Of a DNA stretch of 15,038 nt, positions 1 to 8,412 are shown in pieces. Origin of the DNA: Verrucomicrobiota bacterium (lineage in GTDB: Bacteria; Verrucomicrobiota; Lentisphaeria; Lentisphaerales; Lentisphaeraceae); NCBI GenBank assembly GCA_039798785.1, contig JBDKFG010000091.1:1-15038 (forward strand). Direction: 5' to 3'. A program made the position numbers and the translations under genes. A model generated the notes under the pieces. It saw nothing but the letters and a program-made list of their open reading frames with translations. It was not told the origin of the DNA and searched no databases. Within the stretch, counting starts at the first letter, position 1; each line of letters opens with the position of its first letter.

Positions 1-88
1 TCTCCGCTCTAAATTAGTGGCCAACTTTCTTGATTGCAGAATGTTATGATTATGAGACACGGCATGTATCATGTGAAGCGGGAAACAT

Positions 89-183
89 CTAAAAACCGCT
101 GTTGAGCAATAAGCTAAGCTATTGCTGTTGCAGCTAATCCTTCCAACCTTTCCAGCATCCAACCTTTCAACTGCGGTTTTTAG
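89..183. repeat. Short inverted-repeat-bounded element (MITE/REP-like); may also terminate the CII-like gene
   Basis: CTAAAAACCGCTGTTGA (89-105) is the reverse complement of TCAACTGCGGTTTTTAG (167-183) at 16/17 positions. It has an internal imperfect hairpin GCAATAAGCTAAGCTATTGC (106-125) and a tandem unit TCCAACCTTTCCAGCA/TCCAACCTTTCAACTG (142-173). Confidence 0.7.
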
Positions 184-192
184 GTTGAATCA

Positions 193-645
193 TCACTTCT
201 TGTGGTAAGTGCCTTTTTCGCAGGAGCGGACGAAGGACTCGGCGGTGGCCTTGAGCTCTTCCCATTCATCGCGGATGCGTTGCGATTCGCCGGGTGAGAC
301 GATGCCGTCGCGGGTGCTGCGGGAGATTTCGGCCAGCATGTCGGAGAAGTCGCCGACGATGCCCTGGGTGGCGATGAGGAGGTCGGAGTGGACCAACTCG
401 GAGTGCTTTTTGTGGCGGATGAAGCTGCCGCCGGTCTGGCTGCACAGCCATTCCAGGATGTGGTCGTCGCCGGTGATGCGGTGCAGATCAAGGACGCGGT
501 CGAGGGGGTTGTCTGCGGCGGCGGCGTGGTATTGCTTGCTCTGGCTCCATTTATGGACGAGCGACTGGGAGACACCGAGTTCGGCTGCGACGGCTTTGGC
601 TCCTTTTTCGGCGATGGCCTGGCGGATGACTTCGTCTGATTCCAT
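193..645 (-). CDS. Phage regulatory CII-family (CP76-like) HTH protein
   Basis: N-terminal HTH 'AKAVAAELGVSQSLVHKW', then 'NPLDRV...ILEWLC..TGGSF' and C-terminal 'DGIVSPGESQRIRDEWEELK', the pattern of this family. ATG at 645 is preceded by SD-like GAAGGA, so it is preferred over the track start at 672. Confidence 0.75.
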   Translation of the reverse strand: MESDEVIRQAIAEKGAKAVAAELGVSQSLVHKWSQSKQYHAAAADNPLDRVLDLHRITGDDHILEWLCSQTGGSFIRHKKHSELVHSDLLIATQGIVGDFSDMLAEISRSTRDGIVSPGESQRIRDEWEELKATAESFVRSCEKGTYHKK

Positions 646-671
646 GGAGTGAATTCCTTCGGGTTTATCCA

Positions 672-700
672 AATATCGGTTCTCATAGCCGCGAATGCAA
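672..700 (-). promoter_or_regulatory. Putative sigma70-type promoter of the CII-like gene
   Basis: On the minus strand, TTGCAT (700-695), N17, GATATT (677-672), with A-rich AAAAATA just upstream of the -35 and the ATG about 27 nt downstream. Confidence 0.45.
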
Positions 701-702
701 AT

Positions 703-728
703 ATTTTTCGACCTGTCTCACTCGGATT
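703..728. repeat. 26-bp dispersed repeat, copy 1
   Basis: ATTTTTCGACCTGTCTCACTCGGATT matches 14939-14964 at 24/26 positions in the same orientation. Confidence 0.85.
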
Positions 729-895
729 TCAGGGGTCACAGCTTAGCGAGTTAGGGGACCGGGGGGCAAGGGGGCTTTAACTCCCTGCTCCCGACTCCCT
801 GAAAAGCAGCCTGAATGCATTTCAGTTCAAGCTCATTTCGGTGTGATGCACGTCGATTTTTTTGATTTGGGCGGGGGCGCAGTGTCCCGGCCGTA

Positions 896-2158
896 TCAGG
901 GGCTGGATTGGGTATTGGTCTGCTTGCCGAGGACGCGGCTGGGCATTTCGGCGGCTTGGCGGGCTGCTTCCTGGCTGCGTTTTTCGGCTTCTGCAGCCTT
1001 GAGGGTGGCGGGGACGGGGAGCGTCCGGGGCGGCGGCGGGATGGCGCCGAGCTTCTTGCCGGCGTCGCGGATCAGCTGGGCGCAGAGGCGCAGCTCCGAC
1101 GAGAGCTTGGCGAGCCGCAGCCGTTCCGGGTGCTGGGCGCTTTCGGCGGCGAGACGTTCGTAGCTCGGGGTGCTCTGGGCGGCGAGCAATTCAGTGTCGC
1201 GCAGGAGTCGGAGTAGGTCGTCGGCCTGCGGGCCGAGAAGGCTGGAGAAGCCTCCCTGACGATAGTCGGAGGCGAGCTCGGGCCAGCGGCCGGTGATCAC
1301 CGAGGAGACGCCGCGGATGCCGGCTCGGAGGTCGTCGAAGCCGTTGTCGCTGAAGCGCGAGGGTTCGCGGAGGGAGGCCTCGGCGCCGAAGGGGGTTTCG
1401 AGGTAGCGGCTGGACAGCATCTCGCAGGCCTGCGCGAGGGTTTCGATCCGTTCGCCGAGAAACTCCTTGCGGCTAAGACGGCGCAGTCGGACGTTTTCGT
1501 TGTCGGCCTGGAAGGCGCTCCACTGGTGGGCGCAGAGGGCGAGATCCTCGACCAGTAGGCGGGAGGCGGCGACGAGCGCGGCGCGGCGGCGGCTGGCGGC
1601 GAGGGATTCGCCGGCGAACTCGGCGGCGGCGCGGGTGCCGGGGCGGTCCGCGTCCTTGTCGCTTCCCCAGAGGAGGAACTCGAGCGCGTGGAAACCGGTG
1701 CTGACTTCGTCGGGTGCGTAGAGCCGGTGGGCCCGGCGGAGGCTGTCGCGACCGATCTTCGGCACCGCGTCGGTGCTGATCAGCCCGGTTTCTCCTTCGA
1801 GGAAGCTTTCCGACACCGGTTCCGCGGCGATGCGTTGCGCCGGGACCTGGCCCTGGGCGTCATGGCAGGGGAGGAAGTCGGGCCCGCCGTGGGCATGGAG
1901 GCGCATCCATGCGGCATGGGCGCTGCGCCAGGCTTTGCGGGTCTCGGCCAGGGTGGCTTCGTCCGGCTGACCGGCGAAGACCGCGATGCTGTCGCGCAAG
2001 GTGCAGGCGGCGGACCATGCGCTCTGGTGGTCCTTTTGAGCCAGGGAGAGACAGCTTTCGCGGAAGAGCAGTTCGTCGCTGCTCCACTCGGCAGTCTTCT
2101 GGCTTGAGCAGGAGGCGAGGGCGGCGAGGGCGGCAAAGCAGGGCAGGATGAAGCGCAT
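896..2158 (-). CDS. Imelysin-family (IrpA-like) lipoprotein
   Basis: Signal peptide with lipobox 'LAALASC', the imelysin GxHxxE motif 'TGFHALEFLLWG', 'P.EATLAETRKAW', and 'EPSRFSDNGFDDLRAGIRGV'. Confidence 0.85.
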   Translation of the reverse strand: MRFILPCFAALAALASCSSQKTAEWSSDELLFRESCLSLAQKDHQSAWSAACTLRDSIAVFAGQPDEATLAETRKAWRSAHAAWMRLHAHGGPDFLPCHDAQGQVPAQRIAAEPVSESFLEGETGLISTDAVPKIGRDSLRRAHRLYAPDEVSTGFHALEFLLWGSDKDADRPGTRAAAEFAGESLAASRRRAALVAASRLLVEDLALCAHQWSAFQADNENVRLRRLSRKEFLGERIETLAQACEMLSSRYLETPFGAEASLREPSRFSDNGFDDLRAGIRGVSSVITGRWPELASDYRQGGFSSLLGPQADDLLRLLRDTELLAAQSTPSYERLAAESAQHPERLRLAKLSSELRLCAQLIRDAGKKLGAIPPPPRTLPVPATLKAAEAEKRSQEAARQAAEMPSRVLGKQTNTQSSP

Positions 2159-2304
2159 GGCGGTCTCCGGGGATTGATCCCCCGACTTTAGAGCCGGAGC
2201 GCGACGCTACAAGTGAACCCGGGACGAGGAAGGCGCCAGAAGCGGACAAAAAGCCGATGCCGCGGGCGCTTTCCCGCCTGAAGGGGGCCAGAAACGGCTC
2301 CGCC

Positions 2305-3159
2305 TCACTTCCGGGGGCTGCGGATCGAGGCCTCGCCGGCGATCGAGAGCAGCTTGTTGATCGCTTCCGCCCGTCCGGGGACGCCGGACTTGATCCAGGA
2401 GTTGCGCAGATTGAGCAGGAGGCGCTGCACGATCAGTCGGGTAGGCAGGGGGTCGAGCATGCCGGGCGCGAAGCTGTGGCCGTGGCGGGCGGCGATGCCG
2501 CGGACTTCCGCCTCGCCGATTTCGCGGCCTCCGGCAAAGGGATCGAACCAGCGGCGACTGGCGTCCGAGGGGGTGTAGACGACGAAATGGCCGGGAAGCC
2601 CCACTCCTTCCATCTGCAGGCCGAGGCGCCGGGCGACCAGCATCCACAAGAGGGCGAGGGTGATCGGCATGCCCTTGCCGCTCTTCAGGACGCGATGCAG
2701 AAGGACGTTGGCGGGCTTGTGGTAATCCTCCTGGTCGCCGGTGAAGCCGTGCTCGACGGCGAGGAACTGGGCGAGGGCGCCGGCGGGATCTTCTTCGCAG
2801 CCGTTGAGGATCATGAAGCCGCGGGCCTGGGTGGCGAGTCCGTCGAGCTCCTGCCTGACGGCGGCGGCATCGCATTCGTCGTCTTCGGTGCGGCAGAGCA
2901 GCAGGACCAGCGTTTCGAGATCGGGATCCGCCTCTTCGAGCAGCTTGCGTAGTTCGATGCCGGAAGCTTCCAGGATCTGAGCGCGGCGCCAGGCGTCGAG
3001 AATGCCGGCTTCCGGGGATTCGAGGCGGGTCAGTTCATGGTACAATTCGCGCTGCTGCTCGATCGAAAGCTGGGTGATCTGCTGCCGCAGCAGCTGACGG
3101 GTTTCGACGTCGGGGTCGGCAAGAAGGACGAGGAGAGCTTCGGCGCTGGGGCTGGTCAT
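2305..3159 (-). CDS. SirB1-like (transglutaminase-like superfamily) protein
   Basis: 'GFTGDQEDYHKPANVLLHRVLKSGKGMPITLALLWMLVARRLGLQMEGVGLPGHFVV', 'FDPFAGG' and 'RLLLNLRN' are SirB1 hallmarks. ATG at 3159 chosen over TTG at 3216. Confidence 0.85.
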   Translation of the reverse strand: MTSPSAEALLVLLADPDVETRQLLRQQITQLSIEQQRELYHELTRLESPEAGILDAWRRAQILEASGIELRKLLEEADPDLETLVLLLCRTEDDECDAAAVRQELDGLATQARGFMILNGCEEDPAGALAQFLAVEHGFTGDQEDYHKPANVLLHRVLKSGKGMPITLALLWMLVARRLGLQMEGVGLPGHFVVYTPSDASRRWFDPFAGGREIGEAEVRGIAARHGHSFAPGMLDPLPTRLIVQRLLLNLRNSWIKSGVPGRAEAINKLLSIAGEASIRSPRK

Positions 3160-3239
3160 GGAGTCTCTGGGGTTGATGGAATCTGGCAAAGGTATCCCGG
3201 CTTGAGCTCGGCGCAAGATGATTTGACAGAGCGGGCCCC

Positions 3240-4295
3240 TTACTTCGGCGGCAGATAGCCTGGCGGAGCCGTCACCACTTCGAAATCGGAGCCTTTGATG
3301 CGGCGCAGCTCCTCGTGAATCAGCGGGATGCGTTCGTCAGGCGCGATCGACAGGGCCCAGTCGAGACCGTTGTCGGCGTTGATCATTCCGTAGCGCTTCA
3401 GGGCGGCGATGATGACCTTGACTTCGTTGCTGAATTTCGAGGCGTCGAAATCCTTGCGGAGGCGGAATCGCTCACCCATCCGTGGCAGATCGGGATCGGT
3501 CTTGCGACTGGCGAAATGGGTGGCGGGGTGGACATAGGCGCGTCGGGTGTTCCGGAAGGTGCAGCGGAGGGCGTGCTCGATCTTGCCTCGTTTGAGCTCG
3601 TCGAAGCGGACGATGGCGGGGAAGATCGGCAGGCCTGCGGCGTCGGAGCTGGTCCAACCTTCTGGACGCAGCTTGTTCGACTTGAGATCAAAGATCGACG
3701 CCTGCTCCGCCGTCCAGCCGGCGTCGGTTCTGGTCAGGCGATAGAACTCGTAGAGCCTGTGATTGACGGGGTCGACGACGATGCCGTGGCGGTCGGAGTC
3801 GAGATCGGGCTTGCCGCGCTGAACTTCCTCGAGACTCAGGTTTTTCGTCGCTTCATCTCGTTTGAATGCGGCGGGCCATCCTTCGATGACGGCCTTGTCG
3901 GGAACCGGATAAGGACCCTTGTCGGATTCCTCCGCGTAGGCAGTGAGCTTGACCTCGACTTTTTTCTGATGGGGCGGCACCAGGACAAATCCCATGTCGG
4001 TGTTGCCTCGCAGCGGTTTGGCGGCGCCTATGCCGGCGATCATGGTTGTCGAGTTGGGAGCCAGAGGCCAATCTTCGACGGGAAGATTCCACGCATTGTC
4101 GGGCGGAAAGATCGCGAGGGCCGCAAGCACCGCGTCGGCTTCGGGGGTATTGAAGGCAAGGACCTTGTCGATTTTAGGCATCGGAGTCTTCTGCAGACGC
4201 TGCAGGCGTTCCTGGTCGACCTTGACGACGGGACTGGTGTCGGCGGCAAAAAGCATGGGGATCAGGGCGGAAAGCGGCAGAGGGATCAAGCGCAT
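3240..4295 (-). CDS. Secreted conserved hypothetical protein
   Basis: SD AAGGGAG precedes ATG 4295, followed by a hydrophobic signal-like N-terminus. Conserved-looking blocks: 'FPPDNAWN', 'SDRHGIVVD', 'WTSSDAAGLPIFPAIVRFDE', 'IEHALRCT', 'ALKRYGMINADNG'. Confidence 0.75.
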   Translation of the reverse strand: MRLIPLPLSALIPMLFAADTSPVVKVDQERLQRLQKTPMPKIDKVLAFNTPEADAVLAALAIFPPDNAWNLPVEDWPLAPNSTTMIAGIGAAKPLRGNTDMGFVLVPPHQKKVEVKLTAYAEESDKGPYPVPDKAVIEGWPAAFKRDEATKNLSLEEVQRGKPDLDSDRHGIVVDPVNHRLYEFYRLTRTDAGWTAEQASIFDLKSNKLRPEGWTSSDAAGLPIFPAIVRFDELKRGKIEHALRCTFRNTRRAYVHPATHFASRKTDPDLPRMGERFRLRKDFDASKFSNEVKVIIAALKRYGMINADNGLDWALSIAPDERIPLIHEELRRIKGSDFEVVTAPPGYLPPK

Positions 4296-4368
4296 CTGAG
4301 CTCCCTTGAGTTGTGGCTGAAGGCAATCTAGCACTTGTCGAGTTAATCAGCGCCGCACTCTAGCGATC

Positions 4369-4384
4369 TGGCACGCTTCGTGAT
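4369..4384 (+). promoter_or_regulatory. Possible sigma54 (-24/-12) promoter upstream of clpC
   Basis: TGGCACGCTTCGTGAT has a perfect -24 box (TGGCACG) but a degenerate -12 box (GTGA instead of TTGC) at the correct spacing, about 40 nt upstream of the ATG. Confidence 0.35.
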
Positions 4385-4426
4385 ATATTTCCGGGTTCAT
4401 TCACCCATCACGAAGGAAAACGATTC

Positions 4427-6988
4427 ATGAGCGAAGAAGCCGACAACGCCCTCAACAACCTCACTCCCCGCGCCCATCAGGTGATCATGCTCGCCCGCAA
4501 CGAGGCACAGAAGATGGGGCATGACTGCGTCGGCACCGAGCACCTCCTGCTCGGCATCATCGTCCTCGGTCAAGGCGTCGCGGTCTCCTCTCTCCAGGCC
4601 ATGGGTGTCGATCTCGCCTCGGTCCGTGCCGCGGTCGAGCGCCTCTCCCCGCCCCAAGGCGGCACCCACACCGAAGGGGAACTGCCCCTCACCCCTCGCG
4701 TCCGCAAGGTCCTCGCCCTGTCGATGCGCGAAGCCAAGGCCCTGAATTACCACTACATCGGCACCGAGCACATCCTTCTCGGCCTCCTCAAGGAAGGCGA
4801 AGGCGTCGCCGCCCAGGTCCTGCGCGCCCTCAACGTCGATGTCGAAAGCATCCGCCGCGAAATCCTCAAGACCCTCGACCCGAACTTCGTCCCCACCGAG
4901 GCCAAACACGATGCCGAGCACAAGCCGGAGGAAGCCGCCGGCAAACGCGACGGCAAGCCCCAGAAGGGCGACGGCCTGACCGCTTTGCGCCAATATTCCC
5001 GCGACCTCACCGAGATGGCGAAAGAAAAGAAGCTCGACCCGGTGATCGGCCGCGCCCACGAGATCGAGCGGGTCATCCAAGTCCTCTGCCGCCGCACCAA
5101 GAACAACCCGGTCCTGATCGGTGAAGCCGGGGTCGGCAAGACTGCGATCGTCGAAGGCCTGGCCCAGGCGATCGTCGACGGCACCGTGCCCGACATCATC
5201 CGCGGCAAGATGCTGGTCGCCCTCGACCTGCCCCAGATGATCGCCGGCACCAAGTACCGCGGTCAATTCGAAGAACGCATCAAAGCAGTGATGGAAGAAC
5301 TTCGCGTCAACCGCAACGTCATCCTCTTCATCGACGAGCTGCACACCCTGGTCGGAGCCGGATCAGCCGAAGGCGCCATGGACGCCGCCAACATCCTCAA
5401 GCCCGCCCTCTCCCGCGGCGAGATCCAGTGCATCGGCGCCACCACCATGGACGAATACCGCAAGCACATCGAGAAGGACTCCGCCCTTGAACGCCGCTTC
5501 CAGCCGATCGTCGTCAACCAGCCCAGCATCGAGGACGCCATCCTCATCCTCAAGGGCATCGTCCATAAATACGAAGACCACCACCACGTGAAATACTCCG
5601 AGGCCGCCCTGGTCGACGCGGTCAAGCTCTCCGATCGCTACATCACCGGCCGGATGCTGCCCGACAAGGCGATCGACGTGATGGACGAGGCCGGCTCCCG
5701 CGCCCGCATCGCCGCGATGGTCCGCCCGCCCGATATGAAAGACGTCGAAGCCCGCATCGCCGAGCTCCAGATCAAGAAAAAACAGTCGATCGAACACCAG
5801 AAGTTCGAAGAGGCCGCCGCCCTCCGCGACCAGGAGAAAAACCTCCGCCGCGAACTCGAAACCACCCTCGAACAGTGGAAGGCCGACAACCGCGCCAAGG
5901 TGGTCCAGATCGACACCGAGCAGATCGCCGTCACCCTGTCGAAACTCACCGGCATCCCGGTCGCCCGCCTCGAACAATGCGAGCTCGAGAAACTCCTCAC
6001 CATGGAGAAAGAGCTCGAACGCGTCGTCGTCGGCCAGTCCGATGCGGTCCACTCGCTCTGCCGCGCCCTGCGCCGCTCCCGCGCCGACCTGAAAGACCCG
6101 AAGCGCCCGATCGGCTCCTTCATCTTCCTCGGCCCCACCGGCGTCGGCAAGACCCACCTCGCCAAAAACCTCGCCGCCTTCATGTTCGGCGACGCCGAAG
6201 CGATCGTCCAGGTCGACATGAGCGAATACGGCGAGAAGCACAACACCTCGCGCCTGATCGGCTCGCCCCCCGGCTACGTCGGCCACGGCGACGGCGGTGA
6301 ATTGACCGAGAAGGTCCGCCGCCGCCCCTACTGCGTCGTCCTCTTCGACGAGATCGAAAAGGCCCACCCGGACGTGATGAACCTGCTGCTGCAGATCCTT
6401 GAAGAAGGCGTGATCACCGACACCAATGGCGTCCGGGTCGACTTCCGCAACACCATCATCATCCTGACTTCAAACGTCGGCGCCAGCACCGCCAAGGGCC
6501 AAGGCGTTTTGAGCTTCAACACCAACAGCGAAGACCTCGAATACGAGATCATCGCCGACCGGATGCAGTCCGCCGCCCGCAAGCAGTTCAAGCCGGAATT
6601 CCTCAACCGGATCGACGAGATCATCGTCTTCCGCGAGCTCTCCCGGCCGCAACTGCGCAATATCGTCGATCTCGAACTCAACAAGATCAACACCCGCCTC
6701 GCGGTGCGCGGCGTCAGCCTGAGCTTCTCCGACGATCTGCGCGACTTCCTGATCGAAAAAGGCTACCGCCCTGAATACGGCGCCCGCCCACTGCGCCGCG
6801 CCGTCGAACGCCACATCGAGGACGCCCTCGCCGAGGACATCCTGCGCGGCCGCATCCCCAACGGCTCTAAGGTCGAAGTCAAGGTCGACGGCACCGACCC
6901 GCTCACCCAGAAACTCCTCTTCTTCACCCGCACCCCGGAAGACATGAAGCCGGCGGAAAACGCGGTCCAGGAGCAGGAGAAGAGCTGA
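4427..6988 (+). CDS. clpC: ATP-dependent Clp protease ATP-binding subunit ClpC
   Basis: Two Clp_N repeats ([16 protein letters not shown]). NBD1 Walker A GEAGVGKT and Walker B LFIDELH. UVR-like coil ([13 protein letters not shown]). NBD2 [21 protein letters not shown] and sensor-2 GARPLRR. SD GAAGGA. The short UVR-type middle domain argues for ClpC over ClpB. Confidence 0.95.
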   Translation: MSEEADNALNNLTPRAHQVIMLARNEAQKMGHDCVGTEHLLLGIIVLGQGVAVSSLQAMGVDLASVRAAVERLSPPQGGTHTEGELPLTPRVRKVLALSMREAKALNYHYIGTEHILLGLLKEGEGVAAQVLRALNVDVESIRREILKTLDPNFVPTEAKHDAEHKPEEAAGKRDGKPQKGDGLTALRQYSRDLTEMAKEKKLDPVIGRAHEIERVIQVLCRRTKNNPVLIGEAGVGKTAIVEGLAQAIVDGTVPDIIRGKMLVALDLPQMIAGTKYRGQFEERIKAVMEELRVNRNVILFIDELHTLVGAGSAEGAMDAANILKPALSRGEIQCIGATTMDEYRKHIEKDSALERRFQPIVVNQPSIEDAILILKGIVHKYEDHHHVKYSEAALVDAVKLSDRYITGRMLPDKAIDVMDEAGSRARIAAMVRPPDMKDVEARIAELQIKKKQSIEHQKFEEAAALRDQEKNLRRELETTLEQWKADNRAKVVQIDTEQIAVTLSKLTGIPVARLEQCELEKLLTMEKELERVVVGQSDAVHSLCRALRRSRADLKDPKRPIGSFIFLGPTGVGKTHLAKNLAAFMFGDAEAIVQVDMSEYGEKHNTSRLIGSPPGYVGHGDGGELTEKVRRRPYCVVLFDEIEKAHPDVMNLLLQILEEGVITDTNGVRVDFRNTIIILTSNVGASTAKGQGVLSFNTNSEDLEYEIIADRMQSAARKQFKPEFLNRIDEIIVFRELSRPQLRNIVDLELNKINTRLAVRGVSLSFSDDLRDFLIEKGYRPEYGARPLRRAVERHIEDALAEDILRGRIPNGSKVEVKVDGTDPLTQKLLFFTRTPEDMKPAENAVQEQEKS

Positions 6989-7383
6989 TGAACTGCTGGA
7001 GTCACGCGACTCAGGCCGCACAAGCCTCTTGCTGCCACTGCGGCAAAGGCTTGTGCCCCGAGTGCGCCAAATTCTCTGACTCCGGCCGCTCGGCCTGCAT
7101 CGGCTCTTGTCAAGCCACCTTGAATGAGCAAGAGGCTTTTAATCAGAAAGTTTGGAAGGATCACGCAGCGAAAGCTGCCCAAGCTCAGCAATTGGCGGGC
7201 GCGGCAGTGAATTCCAATCGCTTGCTGGGTGTCTTTGCTTTGGTATCCGCAATTCTGTTCGCAGTTGTCGCAATGCGAGAACATAACGACAAGCTAGTCA
7301 AATTTTTGACTGTTATGTCGATATTCCTCGGTCTCATGGGATCTGCGATGCTTTGGCTGTATCGCCGCCCGTCCAAACAATAA
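6988..7383 (+). CDS. Cys-rich Zn-finger (B-box/DUF2180-like) protein with two C-terminal TM helices
   Basis: 'CWSH...CCHCGKGLCPEC...CIGSC' followed by two hydrophobic segments. The start overlaps the clpC stop (TGATG). Visibly more AT-rich than clpC. Confidence 0.7.
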   Translation: MNCWSHATQAAQASCCHCGKGLCPECAKFSDSGRSACIGSCQATLNEQEAFNQKVWKDHAAKAAQAQQLAGAAVNSNRLLGVFALVSAILFAVVAMREHNDKLVKFLTVMSIFLGLMGSAMLWLYRRPSKQ

Positions 7384-7386
7384 CCA

Positions 7387-7845
7387 ATGCTCGATGAAAT
7401 CCAGCTCTCCCTCGCGGACGGCGGCACTTGCAGCCTGCGGCGGGAGTGCCTGATCATTACCAAGAAATCGATCTCGGAGTCCTATTGGCAATACTTATTG
7501 GTTCTTCCGGCACTTGTCTACGGTTCGATGCCTGGTTTCATGCTGCTATTGATCGCCGTGATTTTGATTCTTCTGGAGTGCCTGGGCGTACCGGTGATCG
7601 CCTTCTTGAATCGACTGGAAGTGCTCGTTGCTGCTCTTCTGGTTCTCTGGGTTTTCGGCCTTTTGTTCACTTGGCTGCGCTTGCGACAGAGAATTCCTCG
7701 CGCCAAACTTTTAGCCCTTCAGTTTCAAGGTGACTCCTGCTCTCTGTCCATGAAGTCTGAATCGCGCGAGCTGCGATTGCGCTTCAGTGATCCCGAAGCC
7801 GCACAATCCGCCCTCAAATCCCTCGGTTGGGAATCTCAGCCATGA
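7387..7845 (+). CDS. Hypothetical membrane protein, paralogue A
   Basis: ATG 3 nt after the previous stop, with long central hydrophobic segments. The N-terminal 'QLSLADGGTCSLRRECLII' and C-terminal 'GWE' are shared with the next gene. Confidence 0.75.
   Translation: MLDEIQLSLADGGTCSLRRECLIITKKSISESYWQYLLVLPALVYGSMPGFMLLLIAVILILLECLGVPVIAFLNRLEVLVAALLVLWVFGLLFTWLRLRQRIPRAKLLALQFQGDSCSLSMKSESRELRLRFSDPEAAQSALKSLGWESQP
7400..7458 (+). repeat. 59-bp direct repeat, copy 1 (5' end of paralogue A)
   Basis: 54/59 identical to 7855-7913 by manual alignment. Confidence 0.9.
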
Positions 7846-8369
7846 GCACCGCATTCCAGCTCCCCCTCGCCGACGGCGGCACCTGCACCGTGCGGCGGGA
7901 GTGCCTGATCATTTCCCGGATCCCGAGTCCTGAGGGGACCGAGGAAAGCGGCAGTTTCACCGTGTCGGAAGGCGATGCGTCCTGGACTTTGAAATTTGCC
8001 GATCTCAAAGGAAGGCGGATCCTGCGGCGGCTCGGGATCGCTTTGCTCTCCCTGCTCTCCACCTATGCGATCGCGAAGCTGATGAAGCTGGAAATCTCCG
8101 GAGTCAAAGTCGAAGATCTCGTGGCCGTTTCGGCTTTGCTCTGTGGCCTCTACGCCCTGCTTCGATTCTTTTGGACAAAACCTGCCGTCTCCTCTGATAG
8201 CTCGACGCCGCTGATCCAGCGCGACGAGTTGTTGCACCTCGAATGGGGCGAGCGCGAGCTGGCGATCCATTACCGATTGGGTCAAGGGGTCAAGATCCGC
8301 CGCCTTCAGCCCCTTGATTTGCGCTTGGCGCGAGAGGTCTTGACCCGTCACGGCTGGGAGCGCGGATAG
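7842..8369 (+). CDS. Hypothetical membrane protein, paralogue B
   Basis: ATGA overlap with paralogue A gives start 7842 (MSTAFQLPLADGGTCTVRRECLII). Two TM segments, ending 'HGWERG'. Confidence 0.75.
   Translation: MSTAFQLPLADGGTCTVRRECLIISRIPSPEGTEESGSFTVSEGDASWTLKFADLKGRRILRRLGIALLSLLSTYAIAKLMKLEISGVKVEDLVAVSALLCGLYALLRFFWTKPAVSSDSSTPLIQRDELLHLEWGERELAIHYRLGQGVKIRRLQPLDLRLAREVLTRHGWERG
7855..7913 (+). repeat. 59-bp direct repeat, copy 2 (5' end of paralogue B)
   Basis: 54/59 identical to 7400-7458. Confidence 0.9.
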
Positions 8370-8412
8370 CCCTGATTTGACCGCGGCAATCCATTGTTTT
8401 CCAGCTAGATGT

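Noticed and set aside
1..72. Minus-strand ORF from ATG 72 running off the left edge
   Set aside because: Only 24 codons are visible, with no clear SD or motif.
85..190. Integron attC site
   Set aside because: Lacks proper RYYYAAC/GTTRRRY ends, and there is no cassette array or integrase.
4328..4379. CIRCE (HrcA operator) upstream of clpC
   Set aside because: Only left-half lookalikes (CTAGCACTT, GCACTC) are present, with no GAGTGCTAA half at 9-nt spacing.
4397..7021. Long antisense ORFs over clpC, and similar ones over ppc, imelysin and others
   Set aside because: These are shadow ORFs expected from high-GC codon bias, with no recognisable motifs.
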